From assembly GCA_028282585.1 (NCBI GenBank), contig JANQHR010000049.1, forward strand, positions 15,226 through 79,225: a stretch of 64,000 nt of DNA, read 5' to 3'. Positions 38,535-47,867 of the stretch are shown in pieces. The notes under the pieces were generated by a model. That model saw only the letters and a program-made list of their open reading frames with translations. It searched no databases and was not told where the DNA came from. The stretch is from Bacteroidales bacterium. GTDB taxonomy: Bacteria; Bacteroidota; Bacteroidia; Bacteroidales; UBA12077. A program made the position numbers and the translations under genes. Numbering within the stretch: the stretch's first letter is position 1; each line of letters opens with the position of its first letter.

Positions 38535-38733
38535 GTAGCTAACCAAAAGGCTATTAAATTGCAGTTTACACAAAATTTGATAGCCTTGGGAAATAAAATC
38601 AGGACAGCCATAGCAAACATTAGTTATCCCCAAAAAAGGTTTAGCACATTTCTCTTTAATACCTTCGGAATCTGGTAATAACCTAATACTACCAACAAAT
38701 ATAAACCGATTTAACATAGAGGAATAACAAAGG

Positions 38734-38763
38734 AAGTTTAAGTTCAAAAACTTAAGCTTTTTT
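38734..38763 (+). terminator. second, orphan plus-strand terminator
   Basis: AAGTTTAAGTT-CAAA-AACTTAAGCTT followed by TTTTGTT, about 200 nt after the previous terminator with no ORF in between. Confidence 0.5.
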
Positions 38764-38791
38764 GTTAACGATCAAGATTTAAAATATTTTT

Positions 38792-38807
38792 TGGTATAGA
38801 CATTGCC
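38792..38807 (+). promoter_or_regulatory. sigma-54-like -24/-12 candidate TGGTAT-AGACA-TTGCC
   Basis: The GG and GC dinucleotides are exactly 10 nt apart, as in TGGCAC-N5-TTGC. It lies 107 nt upstream of ATG 38914. Confidence 0.35.
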
Positions 38808-38833
38808 AAACAAGATTTTATGTTTTATAAAAT

Positions 38834-38908
38834 AAAAGACAAAAAAGTCTTTTATTAAACATTTATTATTCATTCTATGTTATTACATTTGTGAACCAAT
38901 TAACAATA
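38834..38908 (+). repeat. copy B of the ~70 bp promoter-like direct repeat
   Basis: AAAAGAC-AAAAAA-GTCTTTT palindrome followed by a TACATTTG -7 box and AACCAATTAA. Homologous to 34876-34945. Confidence 0.6.
38884..38891 (+). promoter_or_regulatory. -7 box TACATTTG upstream of the HydE-like gene
   Basis: Exact TAnnTTTG match 23 nt upstream of ATG 38914. Confidence 0.45.
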
Positions 38909-38913
38909 CTTTT

Positions 38914-40008
38914 ATGAGCAAAACCGTAGATGAAATCTTAAAACAACATGTGCTTTCAAAAGAGGATATAGTTAAGTTACTCCAAACTAACAAAGAAGAG
39001 CGCAATAAAATATTTACCCATGCTGCAAAAGTTAAAGCTGATTACGTTGGTAAAAAAGTATATTACCGTGGTTTGATTGAAATGTCGAATATTTGTAGTA
39101 AAAATTGCTACTATTGTGGAATTCGGTTAGATAATAAAAGTGCTGGCAGGTATGATATTTCAGATGAAGAGATTCTAAATGCTGTAAAATTTGCTTATGA
39201 AAGTAACTATGGTTCAGTTGTACTGCAAGCAGGAGAAATCTCATCACCGAAATTCACAAAACGAATTTCGAACCTTTTAAAACAAATCAAAGAATTATCG
39301 AATAATGAGCTAGGCATTACTATTTCTCTGGGTGAACAGCCAGAAGAAGTGTATCAGGAATGGTTCGAAAGTGGTGCTCACAGGTATTTACTGCGCATCG
39401 AATCTTCAAATCCCGAACTGTATTATAAATTACACCCAAAAGATAAAAAACACGATTATGAAACCAGGTTAGATTGCCTTAGGTCGTTGCAAAAAGTTGG
39501 ATACCAAACAGGAACAGGCGTGATGGTTGGTTTGCCTTTTCAAACTTATGAAGACTTAGCAAATGACCTATTTTTTATGCGTGATTTTGATATCGACATG
39601 TGCGGTATGGGGCCATACTTAGAACATAAGGATACTCCGCTTTATGAATATAAAGATTTATTAATGCCAATTGAAAGCCGTTTCACACTTACACTCAAAA
39701 TGATTTCTCTTTTAAGAATTATCATGAAAGATATTAATATTGCAGCAGCTACTGCTTTGCAGGCAATAGACCCTATCGGCCGGGAGAAAGCAATAAAAGT
39801 TGGTGCAAATATTATTATGCCCAACGTTACGCCTGGAATGTACCGCGACAACTACAAATTGTACGAAAATAAACCTTGTACAGATGAAGAAGCTGCAGAT
39901 TGTACTAATTGTATGGAAATGAGGATTGGAATTACCGGAGATGATATAGGGTACGGAGAATGGGGCGATTCCAAACATTATGCTAAACGAATACAGCAAC
40001 AACCTTAA
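38914..40008 (+). CDS. hydE: HydE-like radical SAM protein (BioB/HydE/PylB clade)
   Basis: 364 aa. CX3CX2C in MSNICSKNCYYCGIR. Overall resemblance to [FeFe]-hydrogenase maturase HydE (TLKMISLLRI, GANIIMPNVTP), from memory. No hydF, hydG or hydA in the window. Confidence 0.65.
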   Translation: MSKTVDEILKQHVLSKEDIVKLLQTNKEERNKIFTHAAKVKADYVGKKVYYRGLIEMSNICSKNCYYCGIRLDNKSAGRYDISDEEILNAVKFAYESNYGSVVLQAGEISSPKFTKRISNLLKQIKELSNNELGITISLGEQPEEVYQEWFESGAHRYLLRIESSNPELYYKLHPKDKKHDYETRLDCLRSLQKVGYQTGTGVMVGLPFQTYEDLANDLFFMRDFDIDMCGMGPYLEHKDTPLYEYKDLLMPIESRFTLTLKMISLLRIIMKDINIAAATALQAIDPIGREKAIKVGANIIMPNVTPGMYRDNYKLYENKPCTDEEAADCTNCMEMRIGITGDDIGYGEWGDSKHYAKRIQQQP

Positions 40009-40078
40009 CCATTAAATAGGCCATAAATACATTTTACAAAGTTATTCTTTAGCTTTTAAAGGCTTCATAAATAGTTGC

Positions 40079-40095
40079 CTGTTAAAAGTTAACAG
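40079..40095. promoter_or_regulatory. 17 bp palindrome CTGTTAA-AAG-TTAACAG (candidate operator)
   Basis: Perfect 7 bp arms, 64 nt upstream of the carboxyltransferase start. Confidence 0.35.
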
Positions 40096-40101
40096 TTGAT
40101 T

Positions 40102-40146
40102 TTATGCAATTGAACTATATTACTTATTTAATTGTTAATTGCATAA
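40102..40146. promoter_or_regulatory. 10 bp perfect inverted repeat TTATGCAATT ... AATTGCATAA (25 nt spacer)
   Basis: Ends 13 nt upstream of the TTG start at 40159. Could be an operator or an RNA hairpin. Confidence 0.35.
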
Positions 40147-40158
40147 ACTACAATAATT

Positions 40159-41766
40159 TTGAAAAGAATAATATCTCAGGTAAAAGCTTCATCAACGGAA
40201 TTCACTAAAAATAGAACAGCCTTTTACGAAGTGCTTTCCAACTACAGAGAGAACTTGCAAGGCGTGATTGATAAAAGGCCAGGGCCGTCTTTAAAAAAAT
40301 ACCTATCCAGAGGAAAACTTCTGGCACGGGAAAGAATTAACCTTCTTGTAGACCCTAATACTCCATTTTTAGAATTATCTCCACTGGCTGCTTTTGATAT
40401 GTATGGCGGCCAATTCCCTTCGGCAGGTATCATAACGGGGATAGGCGTAATTCATGGGAATGAAGTAGTAATTATTGCTAATGATGCTACCGTAAAAGGT
40501 GGTACATACATTAAAGAATCGATAAAGAAACATATTAGGGCACAAGAGATTGCTTTGGAAAACCGGCTACCCTGTATCTATTTGGTTGATTCGGGAGGAG
40601 TATTTTTACCGGAGCAAGCAAACGTTTTTCCGGATAAGCTCGGCTATGGGCGTTTTTTTTATAATCAGGCCAGGCTGTCAGCTTTAAAAATACCACAAAT
40701 TGCTATGGTAATGGGTTCATGCACAGCGGGTGGCGCATATGTCCCGGCTATGTGCGACGAAACCATTATTGTCCGGGGACAAGGAACAATCTTTATCGGA
40801 GGCCCACCTTTGGTAAAAGCAGCCACAGGAGAAGAAGTAACATCGGAAGAGTTAGGCGGGGCATATGTACATACACATAAATCAGGGGTAGCAGACCATC
40901 TGGCTGAAAATGGGCAACATGCTATTCAAATATGCCGAAGTATTTTCGAAAGCTATAACCCGGAGGAAAAGCAAAAATTAAAAATACACCCGATAGAAGA
41001 GCCATATTACAGCCCTGAAGAATTGTATGGCCTTGCCCCTGTTGATTTCAGAAAAGCGGTTGACTCTAAAGAAATTATTGCCCGCATTGTTGACGGAAGC
41101 TTATTTCACGAGTTTAAAGAAAACTATGCTCCAACCCTTGTGACAGGTTTCGCCAGAATCATGGGATACCCGGTAGGAATCATAGCAAACAACGGAGTTA
41201 TTTACTCCGAAACTTCGCTTAAAGGAGCTCATTTTATCGAACTCTGCGGGCAACGTAAAATACCAATTCTATTTCTTCAAAATATTACAGGCTTTATTGT
41301 GGGCAAGCAATACGAGCATAATGGAATTGCCAGGGATGGTGCTAAATTCGTTCATGCCGTAGCAAATACAAGGGTACCTAAATTCACTGTAATTTTTGGA
41401 GGCTCTTTCGGAGCGGGAAACTATGCAATGGCGGGCAGGGCTTACGACCCAAGGTTACTATTTATGTGGCCTAATGCCAAAATTTCTGTTATGGGCGGAG
41501 AACAGGCTGCAAATGTCCTGATTACTGTTAAAAAGTCGCAATACAAAGTAAAAGGTAAAGAATTATCAGAAAAGGAAGAAGAAAAAATAAAGGCAGAAAT
41601 TTTAGAAAAATACAACAAAGAAGGTTCTGCATATTACAGTACTGCCCGGTTATGGGATGATGGAATTATTGATCCGGTGGATACAAGGAAAATAATCGGA
41701 TTGGGGATTTCAGCTTCCCTTAATTCTCATTATAAAGATACAAACTATGGAGTTTTCAGGATGTAA
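40159..41766 (+). CDS. acyl-CoA carboxylase carboxyltransferase (beta) subunit, methylcrotonyl-/geranyl-CoA carboxylase type
   Basis: 535 aa, TTG start. Carboxyl_trans pattern ([23 protein letters not shown]) and a length typical of MccB/LiuB/AtuC. Confidence 0.85.
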   Translation: MKRIISQVKASSTEFTKNRTAFYEVLSNYRENLQGVIDKRPGPSLKKYLSRGKLLARERINLLVDPNTPFLELSPLAAFDMYGGQFPSAGIITGIGVIHGNEVVIIANDATVKGGTYIKESIKKHIRAQEIALENRLPCIYLVDSGGVFLPEQANVFPDKLGYGRFFYNQARLSALKIPQIAMVMGSCTAGGAYVPAMCDETIIVRGQGTIFIGGPPLVKAATGEEVTSEELGGAYVHTHKSGVADHLAENGQHAIQICRSIFESYNPEEKQKLKIHPIEEPYYSPEELYGLAPVDFRKAVDSKEIIARIVDGSLFHEFKENYAPTLVTGFARIMGYPVGIIANNGVIYSETSLKGAHFIELCGQRKIPILFLQNITGFIVGKQYEHNGIARDGAKFVHAVANTRVPKFTVIFGGSFGAGNYAMAGRAYDPRLLFMWPNAKISVMGGEQAANVLITVKKSQYKVKGKELSEKEEEKIKAEILEKYNKEGSAYYSTARLWDDGIIDPVDTRKIIGLGISASLNSHYKDTNYGVFRM

Positions 41767-41792
41767 TCCTGAATGGCATTAATTTTTACAAT

Positions 41793-42590
41793 ATGAATAA
41801 ATTTTCAACAATTGAAATTGAACAAGAAGGCCAGGTAGCAACAATCTGGTTAAACCGCCCTGAAATTCACAATGCTTTCAATGAAGTTATGATTTCGGAA
41901 ATAATTGAAGCATTTGAATTGCTGGAAACAAAAAAACTAATTAGAATCATTGTTTTAAGGGGGCGTGGAAAATCGTTTTGTGCAGGAGCCGATTTAAACT
42001 GGATGAAAGGAGTTGTTAATTATAGTTTTGATCAAAATTATAACGAGAGTTACAACCTATCCGTTTGTTTCAATAAGATTTACACCTGTAAAAAAATAAC
42101 GATTGCTTTAGTTCATGGTGCTGCTATTGGTGGTGCAAATGGGCTTATGGCAGCCTGCGATTTTGCCTATGCAGAAACGGATACTGTATTTTCATTAAGC
42201 GAAACCAAAATTGGTTTAATACCTGCATGTATTGCCCCTTATATTATAAAACGGGTTGGCGAATTTGCTGCAAAAGAATTTATGTTGTCTGGCTTAAGGT
42301 TTAATGGAGAAGTTGCGGAGAGAAAGGGTTTAATTAACAAATCTGTACCTAAAGAAGAATTTGCAGGTTATTTTCAAAAAATGGTTAGCCTTCTTTTAAC
42401 CAGCGGCCCGGAAGCTACAATTCAATGTAAAGAATTGATAAACAGCCTGTGCAATAGCATTAGTTATTCTGAAGCACTAGAATATACAGCCAAAATGATT
42501 GCAGAAATAAGGCAATCAGAAGAAGGCCAGGAAGGCATGAATGCATTCCTCGAAAAAAGGAAGCCAAATTGGGTCGCAAAGTTAGATTAA
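41793..42590 (+). CDS. enoyl-CoA hydratase/isomerase family (methylglutaconyl-CoA hydratase-like, LiuC/AtuE type)
   Basis: 265 aa. Crotonase oxyanion region FCAGADLNWM and GGANGLMAACD. Confidence 0.8.
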   Translation: MNKFSTIEIEQEGQVATIWLNRPEIHNAFNEVMISEIIEAFELLETKKLIRIIVLRGRGKSFCAGADLNWMKGVVNYSFDQNYNESYNLSVCFNKIYTCKKITIALVHGAAIGGANGLMAACDFAYAETDTVFSLSETKIGLIPACIAPYIIKRVGEFAAKEFMLSGLRFNGEVAERKGLINKSVPKEEFAGYFQKMVSLLLTSGPEATIQCKELINSLCNSISYSEALEYTAKMIAEIRQSEEGQEGMNAFLEKRKPNWVAKLD

Positions 42591-42597
42591 ATGCAAA

Positions 42598-44580
42598 ATG
42601 GATATTAAAAAGGTATTAATAGCAAACCGTGGAGAAATTGCCGTTCGCGTTGCGAAAACAGCGCGAAAAATGGGAATTAATACGGTGGCGGTTTATTCAA
42701 AAAATGATGCCGGCGCACTGCATGTTTTAAATTGCGATGAAGCCTATAAATTGGATGGAGAGAGTTTATCTGAGACTTATTTAAATATCGATAAAATTAT
42801 AGGTATTGCCTTAAAATCTAATTGTGATGCGATTCATCCTGGCTATGGGTTCCTTTCTGAGAATCCAGCTTTCGCCAAAGCTTGTACGCATAATAATATC
42901 CGTTTTGTTGGCCCAAGAGCAGAATCAATATCTGTTATGGGCAATAAATTGCGCGCACGCCAGCTAGTAGGTGAAATTGGTGTACCCATTACGTCTGGGC
43001 TTAGCGGAGAGTTAAACGAGGTATTGTCAGAAGCCAAAAAGCTAACATTCCCTATTTTAGTTAAAGCTGCTAGCGGCGGAGGGGGTAAAGGGATGCGAAT
43101 TGCCAATTCACGAGAAGAGCTCGAAGAATCATTGTTAGCAACTTCTCGTGAGGCAGAAACTTATTTTGGTGACGGAACTGTTTACGTTGAACAGTACCTG
43201 GAATCTCCAAGGCATATTGAGGTTCAGGTTTTAGCAGATAATTATGGAAATGTAATCCACCTGTTTGAAAGAGAATGCAGTTTACAAAGGCGGTATCAAA
43301 AAATTATAGAGGAGGCACCTTCAATAACTTTAGATGAAAACAAGCGAAACGAATTAACAAATGCTGCTGTAAAGATTGCGAAAGAAATAAAATATACAAA
43401 TGCCGGAACCATTGAATTTTTGGTAGATAAAAACCTGAATTTCTATTTTCTTGAAATGAATACCCGGATCCAGGTTGAACACCCGGTAACTGAAATGATT
43501 ACAGGAATCGACATTGTTGAAGAGCAATTTAAGGTATGTTCAGGCAAGAAGCTATCTTTTTCTCAAAAAGATATCAAAATAAATGGGCATGCTATTGAAG
43601 CAAGAATATATGCGGAAAACCCGGAAAATAACTTTATGCCATCATCTGGCAAGATGGCTTTATACTGCCCACCTAAATTGGATCTTATCCGAATAGACTC
43701 TGCTTATAATAACCCATCTGAAGTTTTTCCTGATTTTGACCCAATGATTTCGAAACTTATTGTCTGTGATAAAAACCGGGTAAGTGCTATATCCCAACTT
43801 GAAAATGCTTTAAACAATTATAATATACAAGGCATAAAAACAAATATTCAGTTCTTAAAATATTTAGTAACCAATAAGGATTATGTTAAAAATAATATTT
43901 CAACCTCATTTATTGAAAGCAATTTAACTAAACTCCTAAAATATACAGGGTTAAAAGCTAACCATCTAACTCATGCCCTTTGCTGTGCCGCGTTAATCTC
44001 AGTAAAGCCGAAAGATAGCCCTACTTCTATTTGGGAAAGTATTGGCTATTGGAGATTTAACCAAAAACTAAAATTTACGGTTGAAGAAAAGGAATACGAG
44101 GTTAAATTTCTGAAAGCCGTTAATGGGCTTAAAATTGTAATTGAAAATAAAGATTGGTTTATTAATGAAATAACTTACAAGATAAATCAACTTTCGTTCA
44201 GTGCGAATAATGAATATGTTAAATGCCATTTTTCCAGCCTAAACGAATCATCTTTTTTCATTACAATAAACGGGTTTCAATTTAAAATTATAAGAAATGA
44301 TATTTTGGACGAATCCATTAAATGGGAAAACAGAATAAGCAATTTAAACAACGAAAAAATATTGTATTCTCCTTTGCCGGGGAAAGTGGTAAAAATAAAT
44401 ATAAAAGAAGGCCAAAAAGTACAAAAAGGCCAGGATTTAATCATTATTGAGGCAATGAAGATGGAAAATAAACTGGCTTCAAAATATGAAACAGTTGTTA
44501 AGAGCGTAAATGTAACGATAGGGCAGCAGGTTGCTCCTGACTTGCCTTTGATCGAGTTTCAGAACAATTCCGCCGATTAA
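42598..44580 (+). CDS. acyl-CoA carboxylase biotin carboxylase + BCCP (alpha) subunit
   Basis: 660 aa. KVLIANRGEIAVR, GGGGKGMR ATP-grasp loop, C-terminal biotinyl-lysine EAMKMEN. Confidence 0.9.
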   Translation: MDIKKVLIANRGEIAVRVAKTARKMGINTVAVYSKNDAGALHVLNCDEAYKLDGESLSETYLNIDKIIGIALKSNCDAIHPGYGFLSENPAFAKACTHNNIRFVGPRAESISVMGNKLRARQLVGEIGVPITSGLSGELNEVLSEAKKLTFPILVKAASGGGGKGMRIANSREELEESLLATSREAETYFGDGTVYVEQYLESPRHIEVQVLADNYGNVIHLFERECSLQRRYQKIIEEAPSITLDENKRNELTNAAVKIAKEIKYTNAGTIEFLVDKNLNFYFLEMNTRIQVEHPVTEMITGIDIVEEQFKVCSGKKLSFSQKDIKINGHAIEARIYAENPENNFMPSSGKMALYCPPKLDLIRIDSAYNNPSEVFPDFDPMISKLIVCDKNRVSAISQLENALNNYNIQGIKTNIQFLKYLVTNKDYVKNNISTSFIESNLTKLLKYTGLKANHLTHALCCAALISVKPKDSPTSIWESIGYWRFNQKLKFTVEEKEYEVKFLKAVNGLKIVIENKDWFINEITYKINQLSFSANNEYVKCHFSSLNESSFFITINGFQFKIIRNDILDESIKWENRISNLNNEKILYSPLPGKVVKINIKEGQKVQKGQDLIIIEAMKMENKLASKYETVVKSVNVTIGQQVAPDLPLIEFQNNSAD

Positions 44581-44605
44581 GTAAACCAAAAGCATATTAA
44601 AATTC

Positions 44606-46435
44606 ATGAAAGAAAACATTAAAATAGGCAATGCTGGAGGGTTCTGGGGAGATGACCTGGACGCATTTAGGCGCCAGCTAATTGGTGGTGAATTAGATTA
44701 CATTGTTGCAGATTACCTTGCCGAGATCACAATGAGCATTTTACGAAAGCAAAATATCAAGAACCCACAATTAGGTTATGTTACGGATTTTGTCAACCAG
44801 GTGTTAGAAAATGCTGAGTTGATCGTACAAAAAAAAGTCAAGGTAATTACCAATGCAGGAGGCATAAACCCTTATGAATGCGCAAAGAAAATAGCCAGGG
44901 GCCTTGAAGAAAAGAATCTCAATTTAAAAATATGCATTATTGATGGAGATAATATTTACGATGAAATTAGTAGGCTTTATTTAAATACTTCATCGTTTAA
45001 AAACATAGAAACAGGAGAAAGTTTTGAACTTATAAAAGATAAAATTGAAAGTGCCAATGTATATTTAGGTATAATGCCGATTGTTAAAGCCCTTGAAAAA
45101 GAAGCCGATATAATTATTGCTGGCCGGGTAACAGATACTTCATTAGCCATGGCACCTGCATTTTACGAATTTGGGTGGGAAGAAAATGACTGGGACAAAA
45201 TAGCATCATCGTTGGTTGCAGGGCACATAATAGAATGTGGTGCACAAAGCTCAGGAGGAAACTATACCGATTGGCATAAAATCACAAAATGGGATAATTT
45301 CGGGTATCCCATTATAAATATTTTTCAGGATGGAACGTTCGAAGTTACCAAACACCCGGAAACTGGTGGATTAATTAACACCGATGTTGTAAAAGAACAA
45401 TTACTTTACGAAATGGGCAACCCGGGCCATTATATTAGCCCCGATGTTGTTGTTGATTTTACAACGGTTAAGCTTGAACCTAACGGAAATGATTGTGTGA
45501 AAGTTTCCGGGATAAAAGGAAAAGGGCCAACTACATCTTTTAAAGTGTCTATGTCTTACCGCGATGGTTTTAAAACGTCAGGTTCAATCATTGTTTCAGG
45601 GCCTAAGGCTTTAGAAAAAGCTCAAAAAATAAAATCCTTTTTTTGGAAACGTTTGGGTACTGAATTCGAAAAATCAAATACTGAATTTATTGGCTACAAT
45701 TCATGCCATGGAGAATTAGCACCTCCTATTAGCCCCAATGAGGTTCTTTTAAGGTTTAGTGTTTTTGATACGAACAGAACTAAAATTGAAGAATTTTCAA
45801 AGAATATTGCACCGGTTATTTTAAGTGCCCCTCCAGGAGTAGCTGTTACAGGCGGGAGGCCTTTTATACATAACGTTATGGCATATTGGCCTGCCTTAAT
45901 TGATAAAAAAGATGTAAAGGCTATTGTTCGAATTATTGGTAAAAATGAAGAAATCGAAGAATCGATTGAAATACCCTCAACCACTGGGTTTGAAAAGGAT
46001 ATTCCAACGATATCACGTGCCGGAATACAGGTTAGTACCGGCAAATACGAAAATTCTAAAATCAATTTACCTCAAAATGATTGGATAAAAACTAAGCTCT
46101 ATGAAATATGTTTAGCCCGGTCAGGTGATAAAGGCAATATGGCAAACATTGGAGTAATAGCCAGAAACAAAGATATTTATGACTTTATATCAGAACATAT
46201 TACTGCTGATTATGTTAAAAATATGTTTAAGCATGTTTGCAAAGGAAAAGTAACCAGGTACAAACTTGATAACCTGTTATCGCTTAACTTTCTGCTTGAT
46301 GAATCGCTTGATGGCGGCGGAACAAAATCTCTCATGATTGATGCACAAGGAAAAACACTTGCATCTGCTTTTTTAAATCAAGAAATAAATATACCAACGG
46401 AGCTTTCAAATACAGTTAAAGACAGTTCCGGGTGA
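44606..46435 (+). CDS. AtuA-like protein (DUF1446, acyclic terpene utilisation family)
   Basis: 609 aa. N-terminal IGNAGGFWGDD and GHIIECGAQ are as I remember for DUF1446/AtuA. The longer C-terminus is consistent with a fused DUF4387-like tail. Confidence 0.7.
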   Translation: MKENIKIGNAGGFWGDDLDAFRRQLIGGELDYIVADYLAEITMSILRKQNIKNPQLGYVTDFVNQVLENAELIVQKKVKVITNAGGINPYECAKKIARGLEEKNLNLKICIIDGDNIYDEISRLYLNTSSFKNIETGESFELIKDKIESANVYLGIMPIVKALEKEADIIIAGRVTDTSLAMAPAFYEFGWEENDWDKIASSLVAGHIIECGAQSSGGNYTDWHKITKWDNFGYPIINIFQDGTFEVTKHPETGGLINTDVVKEQLLYEMGNPGHYISPDVVVDFTTVKLEPNGNDCVKVSGIKGKGPTTSFKVSMSYRDGFKTSGSIIVSGPKALEKAQKIKSFFWKRLGTEFEKSNTEFIGYNSCHGELAPPISPNEVLLRFSVFDTNRTKIEEFSKNIAPVILSAPPGVAVTGGRPFIHNVMAYWPALIDKKDVKAIVRIIGKNEEIEESIEIPSTTGFEKDIPTISRAGIQVSTGKYENSKINLPQNDWIKTKLYEICLARSGDKGNMANIGVIARNKDIYDFISEHITADYVKNMFKHVCKGKVTRYKLDNLLSLNFLLDESLDGGGTKSLMIDAQGKTLASAFLNQEINIPTELSNTVKDSSG

Positions 46436-46464
46436 AATCAGGAACCGTATAAAAACAATGCTAT

Positions 46465-47607
46465 ATGTTTATTCAAGAAGAACAAAAACTAGTTCGTAAA
46501 ACCGCACGAGACTTTGCCGAAAGGGTTATAAAACCAGTTGCACAAAAATTAGATGAAGAGGAGAAGTTTGATGTTGGCATCGTTCGGCAAATGGGAGAAT
46601 TAGGTTTTTTTGGGATGGTGATACCAGAAAAATATGGAGGGAAAGGAATGAGTTCTCTTTCCTACATTATTGCTGTTGAGGAAATATCAAGAGTTGATGG
46701 TTCGCATGCTGCTACCGTTGCGGCTCATAATTCCTTGGGCATACGGCCTATTTATAATTTTGGCACCGAAAGCCAACGATGCAAATATATACCGCCACTT
46801 GCCAAAGGCAAAGGTTTATGGGCTTTTGGCTTAACAGAGCCCGAAGCAGGTTCAGACTCACGAGGGACAAAAACAACTGCCAAATTTGAAAATGGAAAAT
46901 GGATTTTAAATGGTTCAAAGATCTTTATAACAAATGGCTCTACTCCTATTACGAATGGCGTGACCGTTCAAGCAGTAACCGGAGAAGACAACGAGGGCAA
47001 AAAAGTATTCACTACATTTCTGCTGGATTCAGGAACAAAAGGTTTTACAGCAAAAGCAATGAAAAACAAGTTGATGTGGAGAGCTTCTGACACTTCAGAA
47101 TTATTTTTTTACGATTGTGAAATTCCGGAAGAAAACCTACTGGGAAAAATTGGTGAAGGTTCCAAAATAATGCTTAAAACCTTAGATTCAGGCCGGTTAT
47201 CAATTGCTGCAATGGGCTTAGGTTGTGCACAAGGTGCTTATGAAGAAGCTCTTAATTATGCTAAAATTCGCAAGCAGTTCGGAAAACCGATCTCAAAATT
47301 CCAGGTAAATTCGTTCAAATTAGCCGATATGTATGTAAAAATTGAACTAGCCAGAAGTTATTTATACCGGGCCTGCTGGCTAAAAGACCATAAGCAGCCG
47401 TTTGGAGTTGAGTCAGCCATAGCCAAGTTGTACTGCTCAGAGGTGGCAAAAGAAGTAACAGATGAAGCAGTACAAATACATGGTGGTTACGGTTTAATTA
47501 AAGATTATCCTGTTGAACGGTTTTACCGCGACCAGAGGTTATTAAGAATTGGAGAAGGAACCTCAGAAATACAAAGGTTAGTTATCTCCAGGCATATTGG
47601 TTGTTAA
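46465..47607 (+). CDS. acyl-CoA dehydrogenase
   Basis: 380 aa. GLTEPEAGSD, the catalytic-base region RIGEGTSEIQR and QIHGGYG. Confidence 0.9.
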   Translation: MFIQEEQKLVRKTARDFAERVIKPVAQKLDEEEKFDVGIVRQMGELGFFGMVIPEKYGGKGMSSLSYIIAVEEISRVDGSHAATVAAHNSLGIRPIYNFGTESQRCKYIPPLAKGKGLWAFGLTEPEAGSDSRGTKTTAKFENGKWILNGSKIFITNGSTPITNGVTVQAVTGEDNEGKKVFTTFLLDSGTKGFTAKAMKNKLMWRASDTSELFFYDCEIPEENLLGKIGEGSKIMLKTLDSGRLSIAAMGLGCAQGAYEEALNYAKIRKQFGKPISKFQVNSFKLADMYVKIELARSYLYRACWLKDHKQPFGVESAIAKLYCSEVAKEVTDEAVQIHGGYGLIKDYPVERFYRDQRLLRIGEGTSEIQRLVISRHIGC

Positions 47608-47680
47608 TATTTGCCTGTTTCCATAAAATAAATCACGGCGGTATTGATAAATATCATTCGTAATTTCATTCTTAAAACCT

Positions 47681-47688
47681 TATATTTG
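47681..47688 (+). promoter_or_regulatory. -7 box TATATTTG upstream of the hydroxyproline locus
   Basis: TAnnTTTG match 180 nt upstream of ATG 47868, which implies a long leader. Confidence 0.3.
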
Positions 47689-47867
47689 TATCAATTAGGT
47701 TTGATATGAATCCTTTCTGTTCAAATATCTTATACCACGATTTTGGCAAAGGCCTTTACGAGTGCTGGATTTGCTAAGCCTTCCCATTTTATTGTTTACA
47801 ATTTAAATTCATGGGATGATTGTATTCCGATGAATCATTTCTTATACTTTAAATTATTACAATCAAG

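Noticed and set aside
38511-38747. 78 aa minus-strand ORF (TTG start) in the region upstream of the HydE-like gene.
   Set aside because: It has an alternative start codon, spans two plus-strand terminator hairpins and shows no motifs. I treat the region as non-coding or regulatory instead.
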